Positions 18,776 to 28,277 of a DNA stretch of 32,000 bases are shown here, piece by piece. Source of the DNA: Dactylococcopsis salina PCC 8305 (GTDB lineage Bacteria > Cyanobacteriota > Cyanobacteriia > Cyanobacteriales > Rubidibacteraceae); the NCBI RefSeq assembly GCF_000317615.1, contig NC_019780.1:3604722-3636721 (forward strand), written 5' to 3'. The notes below the pieces were generated by a model that was not told the origin of the DNA, made no database searches, and worked only from the letters and a program-made list of their open reading frames with translations. The position numbers were made by a program, and so were the translations under genes. How positions within the stretch are numbered: the stretch's first letter is position 1; the number at the start of each line of letters is the position of its first letter.

Positions 18776-20128
18776 CTAATCTATAATTACCACATGATAA
18801 ATTTTACCAATTTTTTTCAACTTAAATTCCTTAGAAGATTCGAGAAATTTTGTAAACGTTCCCGTGATTTTTATCGCTTTCATTACATCAGAAACTGACT
18901 GACCATAATACTCCTTAAAATCACCGCCAAGAGTTGTTATTGGAACAGAATGACTCCCGTTTTTGCGATGAAAAATATTCAGGATTTCCCATAATACCTT
19001 TTCTAGTTCAATGCGGTTCGTTATTTTTTTTGAACAAGTGGTTTTTGACTTGGCTTTTGCTCTTTTATTGATTGCTCCGTCAGTAATATTCTTTTGCTTT
19101 AATAATTGAGGATCACTGGCTAAAAAGTCAGTAATATTTTTCCCTAAATCTAATTCTTGGACAATTTGATTAACCGTGATGCCAAACTTTTTTTGGAAAG
19201 CATTAGAAATCGTGGAAGCTGTTACTTTCTTATGACGAGAACTATTTTTGATCTCTTCAATGATCTGCTCGATCGCGCTTTTCAAGGATTCCGAATCAGT
19301 AATCTGATCCCTAGAAGTGGGAACTTTTCCATTAACAGATGTCTCCAAATCAGGAGAAAACTCCTCAACAATTAACGATGATTCTTGTTTTTTCTCCGTT
19401 TTCTGTGCAAAGGTTTTCCGATTACTTAATAACTCCTCTAACTGTGATAATTCCTGAATTTTAGCGTTAACCGATTCTCGTTCTTGTTCAATCAACTGTT
19501 CCAACTTAGTAATCAACTCTTTCGGATCAGGAATTTCTTGACTTAAATCCAAAGAATAAGCATAAACCTCTCCCGTCTTCCGATTTTCGATTTCTAAAAG
19601 TTTATTTTGACGACGCACTCGCCACACTCGTAAATTCTGACTCAGTAACTCATTAGATAAATTCGTCAGTAGCCAATCAGAAGAACAAACAAACACTTCC
19701 TCAACTTTTGGATAATGAATCCGAATCGCCGCCCCTAACGTCATCATTCTCGCATCCGCACTATTTTTTCCCCCAGGAACATGAACTAAAAAATATCCCC
19801 TTTCATAAAGTTCAATATCCTGTTTTATAACCGCTTTCTCACTCCAATTGGCAAACGCAAGTTTAACTTGTATCGGATAACTTGCTATACTTTGTAAATA
19901 GTCTTCTGCGGAAGTATCAAGTTTCAAATTTTCTAAATCGAGAAGAATAATACTAATGCCGTCTTGAGATTCTTCCACCGATGGCGCGAAAGATTCGGTC
20001 TTACTTTTTACCTCTAAAAACTGCCGTCCACAGTCCTTACATAAATAACGTTGTCTATTTTTAACCCGTCCATTTTTACGATAATTTTGACCGTAACATT
20101 GAGGACACTTCTGCATTACATTAATCAT
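18776..20128 (-). CDS. Zn-ribbon / NYN (LabA-like) ribonuclease domain / coiled-coil / two OST-HTH (LOTUS)-like domains protein
   Basis: 450 aa. The N-terminus CPQCYGQNYRKNGRVKNRQRYLCKDCGRQF is an IS1 InsA-type zinc ribbon. ILLDLENL...GGKNSADARM...VCSSD is NYN-like. The middle is E/K/Q-rich. The two C-terminal repeats are OST-HTH-like, e.g. TISNAFQKKFGITVNQIVQELDLGKNITDFL. Confidence 0.7.
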   Translation of the reverse strand: MINVMQKCPQCYGQNYRKNGRVKNRQRYLCKDCGRQFLEVKSKTESFAPSVEESQDGISIILLDLENLKLDTSAEDYLQSIASYPIQVKLAFANWSEKAVIKQDIELYERGYFLVHVPGGKNSADARMMTLGAAIRIHYPKVEEVFVCSSDWLLTNLSNELLSQNLRVWRVRRQNKLLEIENRKTGEVYAYSLDLSQEIPDPKELITKLEQLIEQERESVNAKIQELSQLEELLSNRKTFAQKTEKKQESSLIVEEFSPDLETSVNGKVPTSRDQITDSESLKSAIEQIIEEIKNSSRHKKVTASTISNAFQKKFGITVNQIVQELDLGKNITDFLASDPQLLKQKNITDGAINKRAKAKSKTTCSKKITNRIELEKVLWEILNIFHRKNGSHSVPITTLGGDFKEYYGQSVSDVMKAIKITGTFTKFLESSKEFKLKKIGKIYHVVIID

Positions 20129-20182
20129 TCAATCAGTTGACAAATACTATCATAGAGAAAGAACCCAATACATTTTGTAATC

Positions 20183-21691
20183 ATGGCGCGAGACTTACAA
20201 GAATTTATCAAACAAGTTGACAAAAGAGGACAACTGCGACGCATTACCGTTCCCGTTGATCCAGAATTAGAAATTACCGAAATCTCCAACCGAATGTTAA
20301 AAGCGGGAGGACCCGCACTCCTCTTTGAAAATGTTAAAGGAGCATCCTATCCAGTGGCAATTAATCTCATGGGAACGTTAGAACGGGTATGTTGGGCGAT
20401 GAACATGGAACATCCCGAAGAATTAGAAACATTAGGAAAGAAGTTAGGGATGCTTCAACAGCCAAAACCACCGAAAAAAGTCTCGCAAGCGATCGAGTTT
20501 GGAAAATTACTCCTTGATGTGGCAAAGGCAAAACCTGGACGCGATTTTTTCCCTCCTTGTCAAGAAGTGATAGAAAAAGGAGAAGACGTTGATCTCAATC
20601 GGCTTCCCTTACTGCGTCCTTATCCCGAAGATGCTGGCAAAATTATCACCCTCGGTTTAGTGATTACTAAAGATGTAGAAACGGGTACGCCCAATGTCGG
20701 CGTATATCGCCTACAACTCCAGTCTAAAAATACAATGACCGTTCATTGGTTATCGGTGCGAGGAGGGGCAAGACATTTACGGAAAGCGGCGGAAAATGGT
20801 AAAAAATTGGAAGTTGCGATCGCCCTCGGTGTTGATCCATTAATCATCATGGCAGCCGCCACTCCCATCCCAGTTGATCTTTCCGAATGGTTATTCGCTG
20901 GACTCTACGGCGGTTCTGGGGTCAAACTAGCAAACTGTAAAACCGTTGACTTGCAAGTTCCAGCCGATTCAGAATTTGTTTTAGAAGGAACAATCACCCC
21001 TGGGGAAGTCTTACCAGACGGCCCGTTTGGCGACCACATGGGTTATTATGGCGGCGTGGAAGACTCTCCCCTAATTCGCTTTCAATGCGTCACTCACCGC
21101 AAAAATCCCGTTTATCTGACCACCTTTAGCGGTCGTCCCCCGAAAGAAGAAGCAATTCTCGCCATTGCCTTAAACCGCATTTACACCCCCATTTTACGGC
21201 AACAGGTGTCAGAAATTACAGACTTTTTCCTCCCGATGGAGGCTTTGAGTTATAAAGCCGCGATTATCTCCATCAAAAAAGCATATCCAGGACACGCTAA
21301 ACGGTCAGCGCTGGCGTTTTGGAGTGCTTTACCACAATTTACTTACACAAAATTTGTGATTGTCGTTGATGAAAGTATTAATATCCGTGATCCTCGGGAA
21401 GTGGTGTGGGCGATTTCTTCTAAGGTTGATCCATCCAGAGATGTGTTTATCCTCCCAGAAACTCCCTTCGACAGTTTAGATTTTGCCAGCGAGAAAATCG
21501 GTTTAGGAGGAAGAATGGGAATTGATGCGACCACAAAGATTCCTCCCGAAACTGATCACGAATGGGGAAAACCCCTCGAATCTGATCCTGAAATGGCGAA
21601 AACAGTTGATCAACGTTGGGAGGAATATGGACTCGCTGACATTAATTTGGAAGAAGTGAATGCGAGTTTATTCGGTTACGATCTCCATTAA
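20183..21691 (+). CDS. ubiD: UbiD-family (de)carboxylase, probable 4-hydroxy-3-polyprenylbenzoate decarboxylase
   Basis: 502 aa. DLQEFIKQVDKRGQLRRI N-terminus, NVGVYRLQ, DGPFGDHMGYYGG. Confidence 0.9.
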   Translation: MARDLQEFIKQVDKRGQLRRITVPVDPELEITEISNRMLKAGGPALLFENVKGASYPVAINLMGTLERVCWAMNMEHPEELETLGKKLGMLQQPKPPKKVSQAIEFGKLLLDVAKAKPGRDFFPPCQEVIEKGEDVDLNRLPLLRPYPEDAGKIITLGLVITKDVETGTPNVGVYRLQLQSKNTMTVHWLSVRGGARHLRKAAENGKKLEVAIALGVDPLIIMAAATPIPVDLSEWLFAGLYGGSGVKLANCKTVDLQVPADSEFVLEGTITPGEVLPDGPFGDHMGYYGGVEDSPLIRFQCVTHRKNPVYLTTFSGRPPKEEAILAIALNRIYTPILRQQVSEITDFFLPMEALSYKAAIISIKKAYPGHAKRSALAFWSALPQFTYTKFVIVVDESINIRDPREVVWAISSKVDPSRDVFILPETPFDSLDFASEKIGLGGRMGIDATTKIPPETDHEWGKPLESDPEMAKTVDQRWEEYGLADINLEEVNASLFGYDLH

Positions 21692-21699
21692 TTTTTTTA

Positions 21700-22060
21700 C
21701 AGATTGTAGGTTGTAGGTTGGGTGGAGTTTACGAAACCCAACATCAATTAGTCATTAGTCATTGGTCATTGGTCATTGGTCATTGGTCATTGGTCATTAG
21801 AAAACAAAGGACAAAGGACGAAAGACAAAGGACAAAAACGTAGGTTGGGTGGAGGTAACGAAACCCAACACCAATCAGTGACCAGTTCAGCAGTTACCAG
21901 TATTTCTCAAACTTAAAAAGACTAATCGATTATTAATTCAGTGACCAGTGATCACTGATCACTGTAAGATAAGGTTCAGGCAATTGTTTATAATTGGTGT
22001 TGTGTTGGGTTTCGCTTCGCTTCACCCAACCTACATTTTTGTCCTTTGTCTCATTAAAAG
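21700..22060. repeat. Composite repeat region: hairpin repeats, heptamer runs (TTGGTCA)n at 21751-21800 and (CAAAGGA)n at 21803-21838, and a partial MITE at 21968-22040
   Basis: gtcattggtcattggtcattggtcattggtcattggtcatt and caaaggacaaaggacgaaagacaaaggac can be read directly. Confidence 0.85.
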
Positions 22061-22143
22061 GTACACTGCCATCAGCTTTTACATAGGTAAAAATATAGGT
22101 TAGGTGGATAAAATCAAGCCCAACCCAACCATTCCTTGAAAAA

Positions 22144-23265
22144 CTAAGCCGCTTTTAATTCCTCTTTATGTTCCTCTAAAAAGTTAGCGATTCCTGATTT
22201 TTCCACTAAACCAAAAACGACTCCGTTGTCACCAATAACAGCGACTTCGCTTTCTTTATTTTTCTCAAACATCATCACTACTTCTAAAAGAGTTTGTTTT
22301 GGTTTTACCGAATTAACTTGTTGCGGCTTCGTTAATTCACGAACACTTTTTTCTGTCCATTCTGAAGTAGGGATAATCTTCAAGTCATCTACATTTAATT
22401 GACCAATTAACTTCCCTTCTTCATCGGTTACTAAAAATTTACTCCATTGTCCTTTACCAATAACATACTCATTGACAAACTCTCGAATGTTTAAATCAGC
22501 AGCAATAACAGGACTGTTTTTGCTGACGGCTTCTTCTGCGGTAAAACGACTTAGCTTATCTTGAATAGTCGCCGACTGCGCCGATCGACCCGCATTTTGT
22601 AATAAGAAAAATCCAATTAATGCTGTCCATAAACTGCCAAATTGAGTCACGCCAAAGACAGAAAGAACTCCCAGCGCGATCGCACTCCAGCCAATAAATT
22701 GACCGACAATGCTGGCAATAAAAATGCCCCGATATTGATTCCCCGTAATCTTCCAGACGATCGATTTCAGAACATTTCCGCCGTCTAAAGGTAAGCCTGG
22801 AATCATGTTAAATAAAGCGAGAATTAAATTCACTGTTGCGAGTAAACCCACCACTGCGGAAAGCGGTTGCGACAGGGGAAGACTAACTTCCAAGAAGGTG
22901 AATACACCAAACAGAATTAAACTAACGACTGGCCCAGCGATGGCGACAGAAAATGCTTCTCCTGGGGTTTTAGAATCTTCTTCTAAACTTGCTAAACCGC
23001 CAAAAATAAATAGGGTAATCGAGTTAACTGTAATCCCTTGTTTAATAGCAACAAAACTGTGTCCTAATTCGTGTGCTAAAACCGAAGAAAATAGGAGTAA
23101 AGCGGCGACTAATCCTAATAGCCAGGGAGTAACACCCACCAGTTGCGGAAAGTTTTGTAACTGGCTACCATAAACCCAAGTAACAAGGGCAAGGACTAAA
23201 AACCAAGAAGGATTAACATAAAATGGGATGCCAAATAAATTTCCAACACGAATATTATTATTCAT
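22144..23265 (-). CDS. Site-2 (M50) family zinc metalloprotease with C-terminal CBS pair
   Basis: 373 aa. HELGH motif, multiple TM segments, NMIPGLPLDGG, then CBS-like repeats. Confidence 0.88.
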   Translation of the reverse strand: MNNNIRVGNLFGIPFYVNPSWFLVLALVTWVYGSQLQNFPQLVGVTPWLLGLVAALLLFSSVLAHELGHSFVAIKQGITVNSITLFIFGGLASLEEDSKTPGEAFSVAIAGPVVSLILFGVFTFLEVSLPLSQPLSAVVGLLATVNLILALFNMIPGLPLDGGNVLKSIVWKITGNQYRGIFIASIVGQFIGWSAIALGVLSVFGVTQFGSLWTALIGFFLLQNAGRSAQSATIQDKLSRFTAEEAVSKNSPVIAADLNIREFVNEYVIGKGQWSKFLVTDEEGKLIGQLNVDDLKIIPTSEWTEKSVRELTKPQQVNSVKPKQTLLEVVMMFEKNKESEVAVIGDNGVVFGLVEKSGIANFLEEHKEELKAA

Positions 23266-23481
23266 AACTGACTCTTTGCTTTTTGATTGAGTTAACTACA
23301 GTGTAACGAAATATTAAACACGAAGACCTTAAACCTTTGGGGTAAAAGCCGTATTCGTCCGTTCGGTTGTCTTGTGAAAATGATGGGATTCTCATTGAGT
23401 TTCTATCAAAAGATAGAGGCATCATTTCATTAAAACCGTCTCATCTTCTTACTAATCTATCTTAAATCAGAGTAAAAATCC

Positions 23482-23673
23482 ATGATGGAAAATACATCTC
23501 AGTTTGTTTGTGCTTTTTGTGGGGAAAAGAATCCCACTTTTGTTGATATTGGTGCGGGAAATTCACAAAGTTATGTGGAGGATTGTCAGGTGTGTTGTAA
23601 TCCCAATGTTTTATATATTGAAATTGATGAAGACACTTTAGACGTTAATATCGAAACGGATTGTGAAAGTTAA
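23482..23673 (+). CDS. CPXCG motif cysteine-rich small protein
   Basis: 63 aa. FVCAFCGE...SYVEDCQVCCNPN matches the Cys_rich_CPXG family pattern. Confidence 0.75.
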   Translation: MMENTSQFVCAFCGEKNPTFVDIGAGNSQSYVEDCQVCCNPNVLYIEIDEDTLDVNIETDCES

Positions 23674-24023
23674 TGAAACAAAATCATAATAAATTGGTGC
23701 GCGATCGGATTCCTGAAATCATTAAAAACTCAGGGAATCAATGTGAAATCTCGATTTTATCCACAGCAGAATATCAAGTTTCCTTACGAGAAAAAGTAAT
23801 CGAAGAAGCGAGAGAAGTGGCGGCTGCTTCTTCTTCAGAAGAGTTAGTTAAAGAGATTGCTGATTTATATGAAGTGATTGATGCTTTAGTGACAGTCATG
23901 GAAATAGATAAGGCGGCAATTATTCGGAAACAAAAACAACGACGAGAAGAAAGGGGAGGGTTTCAAAAAAGAATTAAATTGATTTCTACTTCCTTCACTC
24001 CTTATAGCATTTTTGAAAAGTAA
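23673..24023 (+). CDS. MazG-like / PRA-PH-like nucleoside triphosphate pyrophosphohydrolase
   Basis: 116 aa. KLVRDRIPEII N-terminus and EEAREV...EIADLYEVIDAL helices. The start overlaps the upstream stop (TAATG). Confidence 0.65.
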   Translation: MKQNHNKLVRDRIPEIIKNSGNQCEISILSTAEYQVSLREKVIEEAREVAAASSSEELVKEIADLYEVIDALVTVMEIDKAAIIRKQKQRREERGGFQKRIKLISTSFTPYSIFEK

Positions 24024-24053
24024 AGTTACAATAAATCCCCCCTAACCCCCCCC

Positions 24054-24275
24054 AGGGCTGTTTCATTCTTTTAAAATTAAGGGAGGTAGGGAGATGGGGG
24101 AGACAAGGGAGACAAGGGAGATGGGGGAGATTTCAGACAAAAATGTAGGTTGGGTGGAGGTAACGAAACCCAACTTTAAGATGAGCGATCGCAGCACTGC
24201 CACTGTCATTAACCAAGTCGAAGTCTCCCATTTCTCCCTTGTCTCCCTTGTCTCCCTCTCTGTTCCCTGTTCCCC
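24054..24275. repeat. Partial MITE copy plus a long imperfect inverted repeat (GGGAGACAAGGGAGACAAGGGAGA arms) around a GTAGGTTGGGTG hairpin
   Basis: 24054-24135 parallels 17959-18041. The 24227-24262 arm is the reverse complement of the 24095-24122 arm. Confidence 0.75.
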
Positions 24276-24315
24276 TGCTTTAACCAAGATATTGTACTTT
24301 TTCACGAGGAACTAA

Positions 24316-24849
24316 TTAACGACAATGCCAAGCCGTTACAGCTACTGCTAAAGCATCCGCCGCATCATCAGGTTTAGGAATACAAGTCAAATTTAACTCA
24401 TGGGTGATGGCGGTTTGAACTTCCTGTTTATCAGCTTTCCCATAACCTGTAATCGTTTGTTTAACTTGTGGTGGACTAAACTCGACATACGGTAATTCAG
24501 CTTGTCCTAACACTAACAAAACAATTCCTCTGGCTTGAGCAACGTTGATGGTGTTTCCCATACGATAGAAAAATAGTTTTTCAATGGCAACGAGATCAGG
24601 TTGAAATTCAGCAACAACATGATGTAAGTCTTCGTAAATTGTCGCCAATCTTTTTTCTATGGGTTGTTTAGAAGATGTTTCAATGACTCCAAAGTCGATT
24701 AGTTGTAGAGAGTCTTCTTTTAATTGCTGATAGTCTTGAAGTTTTTTGCTTTTTGTTGATGTTTCCCTAGTGCTTTCAGAAGCCGTGATACATCCAAAGC
24801 CAAAAGTTGCGAGTCCAGGATCAAGTCCAAGAATGGTTAATGAGGTCAT
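24316..24849 (-). CDS. ruvC: Crossover junction endodeoxyribonuclease RuvC
   Basis: 177 aa. [30 protein letters not shown]. Confidence 0.88.
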   Translation of the reverse strand: MTSLTILGLDPGLATFGFGCITASESTRETSTKSKKLQDYQQLKEDSLQLIDFGVIETSSKQPIEKRLATIYEDLHHVVAEFQPDLVAIEKLFFYRMGNTINVAQARGIVLLVLGQAELPYVEFSPPQVKQTITGYGKADKQEVQTAITHELNLTCIPKPDDAADALAVAVTAWHCR

Positions 24850-24890
24850 AACCTGATTTTATCGCGCTACGCGCAGTTGCAAGAGGTTTT

Positions 24891-25088
24891 GTGGCTACGG
24901 CGCGAGAGTTACTCTACAACAATGCAGGAGAAATGGTGAAAATGAACCCAGAGGCATATACGGAGCTTTCGACAAGAGTAGGACAAATTTCTGCGGCTTG
25001 GCCCACGATTATGCCTCCTGAGCAACCCGTTTACAGTGCTGAGGAAGTGATGGAAATGGCTGAGGAAATTAAGCAGATGATGAATTGA
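24891..25088 (+). CDS. Hypothetical small acidic protein (start uncertain, possibly the ATG at 24936)
   Basis: An ORF only. The composition is protein-like, but an equally long antisense ORF exists. Confidence 0.3.
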   Translation: MATARELLYNNAGEMVKMNPEAYTELSTRVGQISAAWPTIMPPEQPVYSAEEVMEMAEEIKQMMN

Positions 25089-25194
25089 TACCAATTTAAA
25101 AAGTAGATGTTACATCTTGTAGGGGTTGCAAGGCAAACCCTACTACTACTTTAGGGGTTGCAAGGCAAACCCTACTCTATAACTTGGAAGTGAC

Positions 25195-25512
25195 CTAAAC
25201 ACCCTTTTTCTGCGATCCAGTCTTGATATGGCAGTGGTAAAGATGGACACCGTAAGGCTTCGCGTCAAATTCATAAATCACTTGCTGATCGTGACGCACC
25301 GATCGAACCCCGTCTTCGGAAGCAGGATGAATGCCATGAAAATGAACTGTATGAAATCTTCCGCCTTGATTGTTGAAGATCACACGCACTCGATCGCCAC
25401 TTTTTGCCCTTAATGTGGGACTTGGAACTCGATCGTTGTAACTCCAAGTACGAAAGGAAACAACTGTATTCAGTAGAAATGTAGGTTGGGTGAAGGTAAC
25501 GAAACCCAACAT
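25195..25512 (-). pseudogene. Remnant of a multicopper oxidase / Cu nitrite-reductase-like cupredoxin gene
   Basis: Cu-ligand motifs HTVHFHG and LYHCH are present in a ~85 aa fragment. The N-terminal 20 codons are translated from a GTAGGTTGGGTG hairpin repeat. The stop comes 10 codons after HCH, so the downstream His/Met ligand segment is missing. Confidence 0.6.
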
Positions 25513-25550
25513 AAATTAGTTTACAATTCATTTGGGATTGATATAGTAAG

Positions 25551-26180
25551 CTAAGGATAAATTACACGAAAGGTTAAATTGATACGAGGGAAAACCGTTT
25601 TTTTCGTTTTTGGAATTTGATGATACCAGTAGCTTTGAGTTTCTCCTTTCATTAATAGAAAATCACCATTTCCTAAATTCAAATCATACTTTTGCGACTC
25701 TGTTTTATCTCTAGATTTAAAGCTAAATCGTCGCTTTCCACCGAAACTAACTGAACCAATAACTGGATTTTTACCTAATTCTTTCTCATCATCACTATGC
25801 CACGCTACGCCATCGTTTCCATCCCGATAAAAGTTTAAAAGAACACTATTAAATTTAACATTAGCAATGGTTTCAATTTTGTGTTTAATTAATAATAGCG
25901 TTTCTGTCCATGATTCAGGATTCATGGTGATTCCAGAATAGGTGTAGGAATATCCGCGATCGCCATACCATGCGGTTAAGCGAGGAACAGGATTTTCTTT
26001 GCCATAGATTTTGATGTATTCCTGTTGCCAATTGATTTCTTGTTTTAACTTCTCAAAAATGTTGTCACTGGTAACAGAATCTAAAAACTGCGGATAGAAT
26101 TTTATATCACTATGAGGCAGATTTATCTGTTGGTAGTTCGTTTTATTTTCTTCGGGAAATAAGGAGATTTGATCGGACAT
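25551..26180 (-). CDS. alkB: Fe(II)/2-oxoglutarate-dependent dioxygenase AlkB
   Basis: 209 aa. WHSDDE (HxD), RINLTFR. Confidence 0.88.
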   Translation of the reverse strand: MSDQISLFPEENKTNYQQINLPHSDIKFYPQFLDSVTSDNIFEKLKQEINWQQEYIKIYGKENPVPRLTAWYGDRGYSYTYSGITMNPESWTETLLLIKHKIETIANVKFNSVLLNFYRDGNDGVAWHSDDEKELGKNPVIGSVSFGGKRRFSFKSRDKTESQKYDLNLGNGDFLLMKGETQSYWYHQIPKTKKTVFPRINLTFRVIYP

Positions 26181-26185
26181 AATCG

Positions 26186-26779
26186 CTAGATTTGCTCTAA
26201 GTCTTCAGGGGTGTTACAGTTAAATAATGTCGCTCGATCGCGCACGGTTAATTCTTTTACGCAATGCTGATTTAAAAACCCTTGAAACGATCGCTCTCCA
26301 GTGGCTAAATAAGCAGCAAACAACGCCTTACATTGTCGATGATAAAAACCAGCAAGAGGCTGCCAAATGGGAGGAGATTTCGCCACCAATGCGACTTGAT
26401 CTTTACCCATAGAATCCAGTTGTTGACACCAAAATTCTAACTCAGTTCTGGTTAGTTTGGGTAAATCACAAGCTAACACCAAAACCCACTCGGTTTGCAC
26501 TTGTTGTAACCCTTGATATAATCCCACTAAAGCACCATGAGGTGAGGTTTCTTCTGCTGAATAGGTTTCTGGAATGATTTGACAACTATTCGGAATAATC
26601 TCCTGGTATCTTTCCCGCCAAGGCGTGACAATATAAACTTGAGAGGTGACAGTTTGCGCTAACTCGCAAGTGCGTTTAAGAAGTGGTATCCCTGAAATGG
26701 GAATCAGTGCTTTATCTTCCCCCATGCGACGGCTGTATCCTCCCGCGAGGATGATTGTACTCAGATCGTCTTTAATCAT
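26186..26779 (-). CDS. mobA: Molybdenum cofactor guanylyltransferase MobA
   Basis: 197 aa. ILAGGYSRRMGEDKALI. Confidence 0.88.
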   Translation of the reverse strand: MIKDDLSTIILAGGYSRRMGEDKALIPISGIPLLKRTCELAQTVTSQVYIVTPWRERYQEIIPNSCQIIPETYSAEETSPHGALVGLYQGLQQVQTEWVLVLACDLPKLTRTELEFWCQQLDSMGKDQVALVAKSPPIWQPLAGFYHRQCKALFAAYLATGERSFQGFLNQHCVKELTVRDRATLFNCNTPEDLEQI

Positions 26780-26850
26780 AATTGATTATTTATAGTTCAT
26801 CACTGATAATTAGAGAGTAACCGATTCATTGTTCATTTTTTACTCTCGTT

Positions 26851-28134
26851 ATGGATCAAAATTCTAGCGCGATCGAGCGTTCTTTCCAGTCTTTAATCAC
26901 ATCTCAACAAGTAGAATATCAGTCCCAATGGCAACCGTCGTCACAGCTTCCAGTTAAGCCTCTTATGATTCCCAACAGCGAAAAGACATTAGGAGAAGTG
27001 GTTTCGATCGCGCAACAAAATCACTACTCGATCATTCCTTGTGGCAATCATAGCAAAGTAACATGGGCAGGACTTCCCAGTGATTTCGGCTTTTACCTAA
27101 GCACTCGCCACATCAACCAAATTATTGATCATGCAGTGGGAGACTTAACCGTTACCGCCCAAGCTGGAATTACTCTTGCCCAACTCCAACACCAGCTTAA
27201 ACAATATAATCAGTTTCTGCCCATCGATCCAGCATACCCTGAAACCGCAACACTTGGGGGTATTGTCGCCACTGCCGATACAGGAAGCTGGCGCGAGCGT
27301 TATGGTGGAGTTAGAGACTTACTCATTGGTCTCTCTTTTGTCCGTGCCGATGGAGAAATTGCGAAAGCAGGGGGGCGTGTGGTTAAAAATGTTGCAGGAT
27401 ACGACTTAATGAAGCTATTCACAGGCTCTTATGGCACATTAGGAATAATCACACAAGTTACCTTTCGCACCTATCCTCTTCCTCCTGCTGCCGCCACTGT
27501 GATTTTAACTGGAGAAAATGCAAACATCACGCAAGCGGCGCAGATACTTCGTAACTCCACTTTAACTCCCACTCGCGCTGATTTATTATCGCCTTTTGTC
27601 CTCAAAAAACTCAATCTCGGAAACGGTTGCGGTTTAATTGTTCGTTTTGAAACTATTGTTGAAAGCATCGAAAAACAAATTGAACAACTAACCGTAATTT
27701 CTCAGTCATTATCGCTAGAAATAACTCGTTTTGAACAGGATAATGAAGAATTATTATGGGATCAATTGAAATCTTTGACTGTGACTTCTCCTGAAACTAA
27801 CCCAATTATCTGTAAAATCGGCTTTTTACCCACTGCTACGGATCAGTTTTTCCGTCAGTTGCCCGATCGAAGTTACGCTATCATTCATAATAAGAGTGGT
27901 TTAGGAAAACTGGTTTTTCTACAAGATAATCCTATATCAGACATTCAAAAAATGCGTCAATTTTGTGAACAAAATCAAGGCTTTCTCACCATTTTAGAAG
28001 CCTCAAACACCCTTAAAAAAGAAATTGATTCTTGGGGATATTCAGGAAATGCTTTAACTCTCATGCAAAAAATTAAGGAACAGTTTGATCCGCAAAATCA
28101 ATTTAACCCGAATCGTTTTGTTGGCGGAATTTAA
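26851..28134 (+). CDS. glcE: Glycolate oxidase/dehydrogenase FAD-binding subunit GlcE
   Basis: 427 aa. GGRVVKNVAGYDLMKLFTGSYGTLGIITQVTFR. It is followed by glcF. Confidence 0.85.
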   Translation: MDQNSSAIERSFQSLITSQQVEYQSQWQPSSQLPVKPLMIPNSEKTLGEVVSIAQQNHYSIIPCGNHSKVTWAGLPSDFGFYLSTRHINQIIDHAVGDLTVTAQAGITLAQLQHQLKQYNQFLPIDPAYPETATLGGIVATADTGSWRERYGGVRDLLIGLSFVRADGEIAKAGGRVVKNVAGYDLMKLFTGSYGTLGIITQVTFRTYPLPPAAATVILTGENANITQAAQILRNSTLTPTRADLLSPFVLKKLNLGNGCGLIVRFETIVESIEKQIEQLTVISQSLSLEITRFEQDNEELLWDQLKSLTVTSPETNPIICKIGFLPTATDQFFRQLPDRSYAIIHNKSGLGKLVFLQDNPISDIQKMRQFCEQNQGFLTILEASNTLKKEIDSWGYSGNALTLMQKIKEQFDPQNQFNPNRFVGGI

Positions 28135-28277
28135 ATTTAATTTAAGCATCATTCTGGTATTAAGGGGAAAGCGCGATCGCATCTTCCAAATTTTACTTAA
28201 AAACTTGATTTATAAAAACCTCCATTACTAGGGACAATAACATTTCTATCTTAAACCCAATAAAATTCTAGATAATT

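Noticed and set aside
24909-25094. 61-aa minus-strand ORF
   Set aside because: It is His/Arg/Leu-rich with junk-like composition and mirrors the plus-strand ORF. There is no SD.
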